A stretch of DNA of 32,000 nt, from contig NZ_CP045650.1 of the NCBI RefSeq assembly GCF_009557235.1, positions 570,001-602,000 on the forward strand. The letters run 5' to 3'. The translations under genes and the position numbers were made by a program. This stretch comes from Acinetobacter wanghuae (GTDB taxonomy: Bacteria > Pseudomonadota > Gammaproteobacteria > Pseudomonadales > Moraxellaceae). The notes beneath the pieces are model-generated. The model ran no database searches. It saw only the letters and a list, made by a program, of their open reading frames with translations, and was not told the DNA's origin. Of this stretch, positions 1-7,443 are shown piece by piece (the first letter of the stretch is position 1; every line of letters begins with the position of its first letter).

Positions 1-1204
1 GATCTAGTAAGAATTCCATTGCTGCAAGTTCATCTTGAGTATGCAGGAGCTTACGAAGAATCCATACTTTGCGTAGATTATCTTCAGACATGAGACGTTC
101 TTCACGACGTGTGCCTGATTTTTTGATGTTCATGGCAGGGAATACGCGTTTTTCAGCGATACGGCGATCAAGCGTAATCTCTTGGTTACCTGTACCTTTG
201 AATTCTTCGTAAATCACTTCATCCATTTTACTACCTGTTTCAATCAAGGCAGTAGAAATGATCGTCAATGAACCACCTTCTTCGATATTACGTGCAGCAC
301 CGAAGAAACGTTTTGGACGTTCTAGGGCATGTGCATCCACACCACCGGTAAGTACCTTACCAGATGAAGGAATGACAGTGTTGTAAGCACGTGCAAGACG
401 GGTAATTGAGTCAAGTAGAATCACAACATCTTTTTTGTGTTCAACCAAACGTTTTGCTTTTTCAATCACCATTTCAGCCACTTGTACGTGACGAGCAGGT
501 GATTCATCAAAGGTCGATGCAACAACTTCACCGCGAACGGTACGTTCCATCTCTGTCACTTCCTCTGGACGTTCATCAATCAGAAGAACGATCAGAATTG
601 CTTCAGGGTTGTTACGCACAATTGATTGCGCAATGCTTTGTAGCAACATTGTTTTACCCGCTTTTGGCGGTGCAACAATAATTGAACGCTGACCTTTACC
701 AATCGGTGCAACCAAGTCAATCACACGTGTGGTTAAATCTTCAGTTGTACCGTTACCCAATTCCATCACCAATTGCTCGGTTGGGAAAAGCGGAGTTAAG
801 TTTTCAAAAAGAATTTTGTTACGTGAGTTTTCAGGCGTGTCGTAGTTAATTTGATTTACTTTTAGTAAAGCAAAATAACGTTCGCCTTCTTTTGGTGGAC
901 GAATCGTACCGGTAATGGTGTCGCCAGTGCGTAGGTTAAAACGACGAATTTGAGAAGGGCTGACATAAATGTCGTCAGGACCTGCTAAATATGAACCTGC
1001 CGCAGAGCGTAAAAAGCCAAAACCATCTGACAAGATTTCTAGAACGCCATCACCAAAGATTTCTTCGCCATTCATTGCATGACGTTTTAGGATGGCAAAA
1101 ATGATATCTTGCTTACGGTTACGAGCCATACCTTCAAGGCCCATAAACTCAGCAATTTTGATGAGTTCGCCAATCGGTTTTTTCTTAAGTTCGGTTAAAT
1201 TCAT
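1..1204 (-). CDS. rho: Transcription termination factor Rho (C-terminal ~18 codons run off the left edge)
   Basis: Minus-strand translation from the ATG at 1204 reads [25 protein letters not shown]. It continues through [15 protein letters not shown] (P-loop) and [22 protein letters not shown], colinear with E. coli Rho. It is absent from the ORF track only because no stop codon lies in the window. Confidence 0.95.
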   Translation of the reverse strand, partial: MNLTELKKKPIGELIKIAEFMGLEGMARNRKQDIIFAILKRHAMNGEEIFGDGVLEILSDGFGFLRSAAGSYLAGPDDIYVSPSQIRRFNLRTGDTITGTIRPPKEGERYFALLKVNQINYDTPENSRNKILFENLTPLFPTEQLVMELGNGTTEDLTTRVIDLVAPIGKGQRSIIVAPPKAGKTMLLQSIAQSIVRNNPEAILIVLLIDERPEEVTEMERTVRGEVVASTFDESPARHVQVAEMVIEKAKRLVEHKKDVVILLDSITRLARAYNTVIPSSGKVLTGGVDAHALERPKRFFGAARNIEEGGSLTIISTALIETGSKMDEVIYEEFKGTGNQEITLDRRIAEKRVFPAMNIKKSGTRREERLMSEDNLRKVWILRKLLHTQDELAAMEFLLD

Positions 1205-1439
1205 AGGTGGTCAGATAGAATCAATATTCTGAAGGTGCAGGTTAGATTAGGGAGTAACATTCGGCCGCATACAAGCATTCAAACGAAAGCAATTGAATTT
1301 GCACAAGAACAATTCAGAGGTCTGATTGATTGTTTCAATGAAAAATGTGAAAAACAATTTCTATTGCCGAGCGGCATCTTATGTATTGTGTCTTGTAAGA
1401 AATTGACAGGATTTGACATCCTTGATCTCTTGAACATGC

Positions 1440-1468
1440 AATATAAGAGATCGCACTAAGTTTGTCAA
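1440..1468 (-). promoter_or_regulatory. Putative sigma70 promoter of rho
   Basis: Minus strand reads TTGACA (plus coordinates 1463-1468), a 17-nt spacer, then TATATT (1440-1445). It sits just downstream of the trxA terminator and about 230 nt upstream of the rho ATG. Confidence 0.5.
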
Positions 1469-1478
1469 TTTATAGGCG

Positions 1479-1511
1479 AAAAAAATACGCAACCGTTGGT
1501 CGCGTATTTTT
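1479..1511 (-). terminator. Rho-independent terminator after trxA (structurally bidirectional)
   Basis: Stem ATACGC(1485-1490)/GCGTAT(1502-1507) with an inner ACC/GGT pairing. It is flanked by an A-run (1479-1485) and a T-run (1507-1510), so the minus-strand RNA ends in a U tract. It lies 17 nt past the trxA stop. Confidence 0.6.
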
Positions 1512-1527
1512 AAATGAAAAGCGTATC

Positions 1528-1854
1528 TTAGATATTTTCTTCGATGAACGCTGTTAATTTAGATTTAGGTGCAGCGCCCACTTGAGTACCGACAACTTCA
1601 CCGTTTTTGAACATCAATAATGCAGGGATGTTACGGATGTTGTAGTTCACAGCTGTTTGTTCGCAAGAGGTCACGTCTACTTTAACGATTTTCACTTTAC
1701 CTTGGTATTCTTCAGAAAGCACTTCAAGTACAGGTGCAATGGCTTTACAAGGCGCACACCAACCAGCCCAAAAATCTACCAGTACAGGCACGTCAGATTG
1801 AAGTACGTCCGCTTCGAAGTTAGCGTCAGTTGTATTTACGATGTTAGCAGACAT
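1528..1854 (-). CDS. trxA: Thioredoxin 1
   Basis: 108 aa starting MSANIVNTTDANFEADVL, with redox motif DFWAGWCAPCK. GGAG lies 6 nt upstream of the ATG at 1854. The track start at 1866 is a TTG four codons upstream and is probably not used. Confidence 0.93.
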   Translation of the reverse strand: MSANIVNTTDANFEADVLQSDVPVLVDFWAGWCAPCKAIAPVLEVLSEEYQGKVKIVKVDVTSCEQTAVNYNIRNIPALLMFKNGEVVGTQVGAAPKSKLTAFIEENI

Positions 1855-2119
1855 GGAATGCTCCAAAATATTTTATAAAAAGATAGCTATATGGATATAA
1901 GTATTACATAGCCAACTTTAACAATGTAGAGGTATATGCAAATTTTCAACCGAATCGCATATTTTGTCTAATTGATGCTCACGATAGATACAATCGTGTT
2001 ACACAATGCTCAGATCTATAGGCAAAATAATAACGTATTCAAATGTCGATACAAATGACTTTTCAATTGCTTGTAGGTGAATTACTCTAAGCACAATGCG
2101 TTCAAGGTTTATTTCCGTA

Positions 2120-3667
2120 ATGTCTGATTTTTTAATTGATGAAGAATTACTTGCAGCCATCGATATGGGGTCAAATAGTTTCCACTTAGCGATCGCACGG
2201 GTAGATCATGGCGAAGTGAAAAAAGTGGCATCGATGTCCGAAAAAGTTCAGCTTGCGGCAGGCTTGGATGAAAATAAAAATTTAACAGAAGCCGCACAGC
2301 AACGTGGTTTGGCATGTTTGGCACGTTTTGTTGGACGTTTAGGGGCAGTGCAACCCAAGCGCTTACGTATTGTGGCAACCAATGCCTTGCGCCAAGCCAA
2401 AAATGGGCATGAATTTATTCAAAAAGCCGCAGAAATTCTACCTAAACATATTGAAATTATTGCCGGTCGTGAAGAAGCCCGCCTGATTTATTTGGGTGTT
2501 TCGCATACTATGGCAAATTCGGGTCGTCGTTTGGTGGTCGATATTGGCGGTGGTTCAACCGAGCTGATTATTGGTGAAGAATTTGAGCCCATTCATACTG
2601 AATCGGTGCAAATGGGCTGTGTGGCATTTACCAAAGCATATTTCCCAGAAGGTGAAATTAGCCACAAAGCCTTTGAAAAAGCCATGACTGCGGCACGTAA
2701 AGAAATCTCAGGCATTGTGAACACCTATAAAGCTGCGGGTTGGGATGCAGTGGTGGGTTCAAGCGGTACGATTAAAGCTTGTCGTCAAATCTGTATTCAT
2801 ATGGGGTGGAGCAATGACAAAGAACAGCTCACCCGTGAAGGCTTAGATAAACTCAAAGATAAATTACTGAAATATAAGCATGTATCAGAAATGGAATTTG
2901 AAGGTCTTAAAGAAGACCGCCGCGCAGTTCTACCTGCGGGCATTGCCATTTTATATGCAGTATTTGAAGTTCTAAATATTAAATCCTTGGTGTATTCAGA
3001 TGGTGCGCTACGTGAAGGCGTCATGTATGACCTATTAGGTCGTTTCCAACATGAAGATATCCGTGATCGTTCGGTACATGCGCTCATGGGGCGTTATAAT
3101 GCCGATGCTAAGCAAGCAGAGCGTGTGGTACAAACCGCACAGCATTTATTTGATAACGTCGCTAAAGATTTACATTTAAACAGTGATGATGGTGATTTAT
3201 TACGTCGTTCAGCTTATTTGCATGAGATTGGTTTAGCGATCAGTCACAGTGGCTATCATCGTCATGGCGCTTATTTGTTACAGCATTCAGATATTGCGGG
3301 TTTCTCGCAAGTCGATCAAAACTATTTGTCACATTTGGTCGCGCATCATCGTCGCAAATTGCGCTCAGATGCCAAGCATGATGTGATGAAAGTGGGTGGA
3401 ACGAAACTTTTACAGCTCTGTTTACTGCTTCGTCTGGCGATTTTGGTCAATCACAGTCGTAGCGATGAGATGCTTCCTGCCATTGAACTTAAGGTCAAGA
3501 ATGCGCAACAATGGCAGCTCAGTGTGGTTGGTGATGCCAAACAATGGCCATTGCTGGTTGCTGAATTGCACGACGAACAAGTGCAATTTAAGAATTGGGA
3601 GATTGAGCTCTCCATTCAATCTGAACAATTTGTTGATGAATACCTCGGTAAGGATGAAAACGGTTGA
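2120..3667 (+). CDS. ppx: Exopolyphosphatase (Ppx/GppA family)
   Basis: The N-terminus AAIDMGSNSFHLAIARV and the later VVDIGGGSTELI are the Ppx/GppA ASKHA phosphate-binding motifs. A C-terminal HD-like region (HEIGLAISHSGYHRHGAYL) is present. The start could instead be the upstream ATG at 2096. Confidence 0.88.
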   Translation: MSDFLIDEELLAAIDMGSNSFHLAIARVDHGEVKKVASMSEKVQLAAGLDENKNLTEAAQQRGLACLARFVGRLGAVQPKRLRIVATNALRQAKNGHEFIQKAAEILPKHIEIIAGREEARLIYLGVSHTMANSGRRLVVDIGGGSTELIIGEEFEPIHTESVQMGCVAFTKAYFPEGEISHKAFEKAMTAARKEISGIVNTYKAAGWDAVVGSSGTIKACRQICIHMGWSNDKEQLTREGLDKLKDKLLKYKHVSEMEFEGLKEDRRAVLPAGIAILYAVFEVLNIKSLVYSDGALREGVMYDLLGRFQHEDIRDRSVHALMGRYNADAKQAERVVQTAQHLFDNVAKDLHLNSDDGDLLRRSAYLHEIGLAISHSGYHRHGAYLLQHSDIAGFSQVDQNYLSHLVAHHRRKLRSDAKHDVMKVGGTKLLQLCLLLRLAILVNHSRSDEMLPAIELKVKNAQQWQLSVVGDAKQWPLLVAELHDEQVQFKNWEIELSIQSEQFVDEYLGKDENG

Positions 3668-3670
3668 GCT

Positions 3671-4495
3671 ATGAAGAATAAAGCGACTCCATCAAAAGCA
3701 TGGGCGACAGTGCAAATAGCACGTCATCCTGAACGTCCACAATTTTTGGACTATGTGGGTGAAATATTCACTGAATTTGATGCTTTACATGGTGACCGTC
3801 TGTATGGCGATGATGGCGCAATGATTGGTGGTTTGGCTCGCTTAGATGGTCAACCTGTCATGATTGTGGGTCAGCATCGTGGTCGTAGCACACGTGAAAA
3901 ATTACAACATAACTTTGGGATGAGTAATCCTGAAGGTTATCGTAAAGCGCAGCGTCTTTTAGATATGGCAGAACGCTTTAATCTGCCTGTATTTACCTTT
4001 ATTGACACCATGGGTGCATATCCGGGTGTCGGTGCAGAAGAACGCGGTCAGGCAGAAGCCATTGCAACCTCTCTTGCGCAACTTTCAAACTTAAAAGTCC
4101 CTGTGATTGCGACAGTACTTGGTGAAGGTGGTTCAGGTGGTGCACTCGGTATTGGTGTGGCTGACCGTGTGATTATGCTGTCACATAGTATTTATTCGGT
4201 GATTTCACCTGAAGGCTGTGCGTCTATTTTATGGAAAACAGCAGATAAAGCAGAGCAAGCCAGTGAAGCTTTGGCATTGACTGCCGATAAACTCAAGCAT
4301 ATGGGTATTGTGGAATATGTTGTCGATGAAGGTGAAGGTGCTCACCTAAATACACAACAGGTGATGGACAGTCTTAAAGCTGTGCTTAAAGAAGCATTAA
4401 GCGAATTGCAACCGATGGAAGCACAACAACGATGCGAAGCACGTTACCAACGTTTAATGAAGTTTGGCAGCGACAACTCAGGTCTCGTGTCTTAA
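3671..4495 (+). CDS. accA: Acetyl-CoA carboxylase carboxyltransferase alpha subunit (short N-terminus)
   Basis: [45 protein letters not shown] and [13 protein letters not shown] are colinear with E. coli AccA residues ~50-319. The ATG lies 3 nt after the ppx stop, and an upstream stop prevents a longer N-terminus. Confidence 0.95.
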   Translation: MKNKATPSKAWATVQIARHPERPQFLDYVGEIFTEFDALHGDRLYGDDGAMIGGLARLDGQPVMIVGQHRGRSTREKLQHNFGMSNPEGYRKAQRLLDMAERFNLPVFTFIDTMGAYPGVGAEERGQAEAIATSLAQLSNLKVPVIATVLGEGGSGGALGIGVADRVIMLSHSIYSVISPEGCASILWKTADKAEQASEALALTADKLKHMGIVEYVVDEGEGAHLNTQQVMDSLKAVLKEALSELQPMEAQQRCEARYQRLMKFGSDNSGLVS

Positions 4496-5829
4496 AACAA
4501 CTGCAGGACTTTCCTGCAGAGACAAAATTTCTCATTGGATGTAGTGGCGGCATAGATTCTATGCTGCTGTTGCATCTGATGTTTTTTTTGTGCCCTGAAA
4601 AAATTCGCGCTATTTATGTTGATCATCAATTGCAAAGCCTCAGTTCAAGTTGGGGTGAATTTGTAAGAGCAGAATGTGCGACATTAAATATTCCGTGTAT
4701 CGTTCAAGCGGTGCATGTGGCTGAAGGTAATTTAGAACAGCAAGCGCGCCAATCTCGTTACCAAGCTTATCAGCAGCATCTTCAAGATAATGAAATTCTT
4801 GTACTTGCGCATCATCAGCAAGATCAAGCAGAAACCCTGATGCTGCGTTTACTTTCAGGCGCAGGGGTCGATGGCTTATCTGCAATGAAACGTGTCGATG
4901 TACGTGAAGAATTCAGCATTTGGCGACCTTTATTAGATATTTCCCGTGAGCAGATTTGCCAATGGGCACATGATTTAAATATTTCACATATTGAAGATCC
5001 AACCAATCTCGACACACATTATGATCGTGCTTGGGCGCGTCAAAGCGTATGGCCATTATTGACGGAACGATTTCCAAAAATGCAATCCGCCTTGGTACGT
5101 ACCTCGGATTTAATGCAAGATGCGCAAAGTATTTTGCAAGACGTATTGCATCAAGATTTAGCAGCGTGTGGCACAGCAGATGTTTTGTCACTTGCTCAGC
5201 TGATGTCTTTATCTGTAGCACGCCAACGTCAATTGCTTTCCTATTGGATGAAAGGTGACAGTCAATATCGTCCTTCCTTTGACATGGTGGAGCGGATTCA
5301 GCGCGAAGTGATTCATGCCAAAGCTGATGCACAAGCTGCGTTGCATTGCCAAGGGTATTATTATGTGCGTTATCAACAGCAATTATATCGTCTTAAAGCT
5401 GCGGATTACTTAGCTGAACAGCAGCAAAAAAATATTGCTCAAAGCATTAAATTACACCTCAACGCTAGACTCACTTTACCTTCAGGCACATTTTTGATTG
5501 CAAGCTCAGCGATGGGGCTCTCAGCAGAATTGCTCAATACCGATTTAAAACTGACCCCCCGTGAAGGTGGAGAGAAGATTCATTTACAGGGGCGTGTCGG
5601 GACATGGCCGCTGAAAAAAGCTATTCAAGAAGCGCAAATATTTCCATGGCAACGTCATACAATTCAAATATTGAGCAAAGATAATGTTATCCTAGGGGTG
5701 TTTACGCCCAATGGATTTTGGTTAGCCGCATCCGCCTATTGCGTGGCAGATGGTTGGCTACCCCTTCGGTCTTTTCAACCTGAGAACTCAACGACGAGCA
5801 TTAAACATGAGTGCAGCTTTAAATTGTAA
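4432..5829 (+). CDS. tilS: tRNA(Ile)-lysidine synthetase
   Basis: PP-loop motif [15 protein letters not shown], a downstream [17 protein letters not shown] motif and a long C-terminal domain. The only in-frame ATG/GTG/TTG before the PP-loop is the ATG at 4432, which overlaps accA by 64 nt. Confidence 0.88.
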   Translation: MRSTLPTFNEVWQRQLRSRVLKQLQDFPAETKFLIGCSGGIDSMLLLHLMFFLCPEKIRAIYVDHQLQSLSSSWGEFVRAECATLNIPCIVQAVHVAEGNLEQQARQSRYQAYQQHLQDNEILVLAHHQQDQAETLMLRLLSGAGVDGLSAMKRVDVREEFSIWRPLLDISREQICQWAHDLNISHIEDPTNLDTHYDRAWARQSVWPLLTERFPKMQSALVRTSDLMQDAQSILQDVLHQDLAACGTADVLSLAQLMSLSVARQRQLLSYWMKGDSQYRPSFDMVERIQREVIHAKADAQAALHCQGYYYVRYQQQLYRLKAADYLAEQQQKNIAQSIKLHLNARLTLPSGTFLIASSAMGLSAELLNTDLKLTPREGGEKIHLQGRVGTWPLKKAIQEAQIFPWQRHTIQILSKDNVILGVFTPNGFWLAASAYCVADGWLPLRSFQPENSTTSIKHECSFKL

Positions 5830-6646
5830 TATTAGTTTTATTGGTGGTGGTAACATGGCTCAAGCCTTAATTGGTGGCTTGATTTCCCGTGGTTTACCCT
5901 CGACACGTATTACAGTTTCAGATCCTGTTGAAAAAGTACGTCAACTTCTTCAAGAAAAAGATGTACAAGTCACAGATGATAATATTGCTGCAGTCAAAGA
6001 TGCGGACATCGTTTTATTTGCCGTAAAACCTCAAGTTTTGGCAAAAGTCCTTGAGCCGTTGAAAGGCTTGCTTCATGACAAATTGGTAATTTCAATTGTG
6101 GCAGGCGCAGAAATTTCGACGCTCGCTGCGTTGTTAGGTACAGATCGCATTGTACGTGTGATGCCAAATACACCGGCTTTGGTTCAAACAGGTGCACATG
6201 GTTTATATGCTCATTCGAATGTTGATACAGCTGACCGTGATTTAGCTAGCCAAGTGCTTGCCTCTACAGGCTTAACCATTTGGGTGAATAATGAGGCACA
6301 AATCGACGCGGTGACCGCGGTATCGGGTTCAGGACCTGCTTATTTCTTCTATATGATGGAAAGCATGATTCGTGCAGGTAAAAACTTAGGTTTAGATGAA
6401 AAAACGGCAACAGAGCTGACTTTACAAACAGCTTTAGGTGCTGCACAAATGGCGATTACCAGTTCAAATTCGCCTGCAGAATTACGTAAAAATGTTACCT
6501 CGCCAAATGGCACGACTCAAGCTGCACTTGAAGTCTTTGATCGCGCACAGATTTCACAAAATATTCAAGCCGCATTGGCCGCAGCACAAAAACGCAGTCA
6601 AGAACTTGCTCAAGAGCTTAGCGACAGTAGCAAATCATCAGTTTAA
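5807..6646 (+). CDS. proC: Pyrroline-5-carboxylate reductase
   Basis: [25 protein letters not shown] is a Rossmann N-terminus typical of ProC. Also present are MPNTPALV and TSPNGTTQAAL. The track start at 5750 adds 19 atypical residues, so I prefer the ATG at 5807, which overlaps tilS by 23 nt. Confidence 0.9.
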   Translation: MSAALNCNISFIGGGNMAQALIGGLISRGLPSTRITVSDPVEKVRQLLQEKDVQVTDDNIAAVKDADIVLFAVKPQVLAKVLEPLKGLLHDKLVISIVAGAEISTLAALLGTDRIVRVMPNTPALVQTGAHGLYAHSNVDTADRDLASQVLASTGLTIWVNNEAQIDAVTAVSGSGPAYFFYMMESMIRAGKNLGLDEKTATELTLQTALGAAQMAITSSNSPAELRKNVTSPNGTTQAALEVFDRAQISQNIQAALAAAQKRSQELAQELSDSSKSSV

Positions 6647-6665
6647 TTTTTAGGAACGTTCCATT

Positions 6666-7235
6666 ATGGGTGCAAATTCTGCGCTAATTTTTGGCATTAT
6701 CATTAACGTTGCGATTTTGCTCGTATTTTTCCGTTTTTTAATGCAGTTGGCTGCCGTAAGTCCATACAATCCTGTTGTTCTTTCCACTGTGAAAGCAACC
6801 AAGATCGTGGATATTTTTGGCAGTATTATTCCGACTTTAGGCAAGGGGCGTGTGAATACTGCGGCACTGGTCTTATTGGTCGTGCTGTATCTACTGAAAA
6901 TATTCGGTGAGAATCATCTATCAGGTACGTCTTTAAGTGGGCCTGTTCATCTTGTAATTCTGACCTTTGTGACGATGATTCAGGACTTAATTCGCTTCTG
7001 CCGTTACTTGATCTTTGCCACGATTATTTTAAGTTGGGTGGTGATGTTTACTCAATCGCGTTCACCTTATATTGAAGTGATTCAAGAATTGGCTGAGCCT
7101 TTACTTGCACCGTTTCGTAAAATTATGCCGAACATGGGCATGATTGATTTATCTCCAATTTTAGCGATTTTAACCTTGCTCCTCATTGAAATGATTATGA
7201 GTAAAGTGGCGTTTGTATTGCTTACGGGTCTGTAA
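6666..7235 (+). CDS. yggT: YggT-family integral membrane protein
   Basis: 189 aa with several hydrophobic helices. AGGAA lies 9 nt upstream of the ATG. The position directly after proC matches the common proC-yggT synteny. Confidence 0.8.
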   Translation: MGANSALIFGIIINVAILLVFFRFLMQLAAVSPYNPVVLSTVKATKIVDIFGSIIPTLGKGRVNTAALVLLVVLYLLKIFGENHLSGTSLSGPVHLVILTFVTMIQDLIRFCRYLIFATIILSWVVMFTQSRSPYIEVIQELAEPLLAPFRKIMPNMGMIDLSPILAILTLLLIEMIMSKVAFVLLTGL

Positions 7236-7249
7236 TTTAAAAGATCATA

Positions 7250-7277
7250 AAAAAAGGACGCCCCGGCGTCCTTTTTT
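7250..7277. terminator. Bidirectional rho-independent terminator (yggT / polA convergent gap)
   Basis: AAAAAAGGACGCC-CCG-GCGTCCTTTTTT: a perfect GC-rich stem flanked by A and T runs. Confidence 0.8.
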
Positions 7278-7289
7278 ATTTCTTTAACA

Positions 7290-7323
7290 CCTCTCTTTTT
7301 AAAGGGAGGTTAGAAGGGATTTT
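7290..7323 (+). repeat. Hairpin-plus-tail intergenic repeat, copy A
   Basis: CCTCTCTTT-TT-AAAGGGAGG hairpin followed by TTAGAAGGGATTTT. It resembles copy B (7397-7431, opposite strand) and copy C (13147-13178). Confidence 0.4.
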
Positions 7324-7396
7324 AAAATCTTCCTAACCCTGAACAAGTTAAAAGTATTGCTTTTAACGAAGTGCAAGGTAAAGAGGAGCTAAAGTT

Positions 7397-7431
7397 GGAA
7401 TCTCCCCAAACCCCTCTTTAGCAAAGAGGGG
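7397..7431 (-). repeat. Hairpin-plus-tail intergenic repeat, copy B (may double as the polA terminator hairpin)
   Basis: Minus strand reads CCCCTCTTT-GCT-AAAGAGGGG (perfect 9-bp stem, plus coordinates 7411-7431) followed by TTTGGGGAGATTCC. It starts 13 nt past the polA stop. Confidence 0.4.
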
Positions 7432-7443
7432 CTTAAAGGCGTA

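Noticed and set aside
1403-1418. Two plus-strand TTGACA hexamers 10 nt apart (ATTGACAGGATTTGACATCC).
   Set aside because: No plus-strand gene lies downstream because trxA is on the other strand, and neither hexamer has a good -10 partner. This is probably chance in AT-rich DNA, or part of the rho leader when read on the other strand.
1235-1459. 74-aa plus-strand ORF (GTG start) in the trxA-rho intergenic region.
   Set aside because: It runs antisense to the predicted rho leader, starts at a GTG with no SD, and runs straight toward the 3' end of the convergent trxA gene. I treat the region as the rho 5' UTR instead.
6508-6523. Sigma-54-like TGGCAC-N5-AAGCT (GG-N10-GC spacing) near the end of proC.
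   Set aside because: The -12 element deviates from TTGC. The site is inside proC coding sequence and about 145 nt upstream of yggT, which already follows proC by 19 nt. No enhancer-binding-protein context is present.
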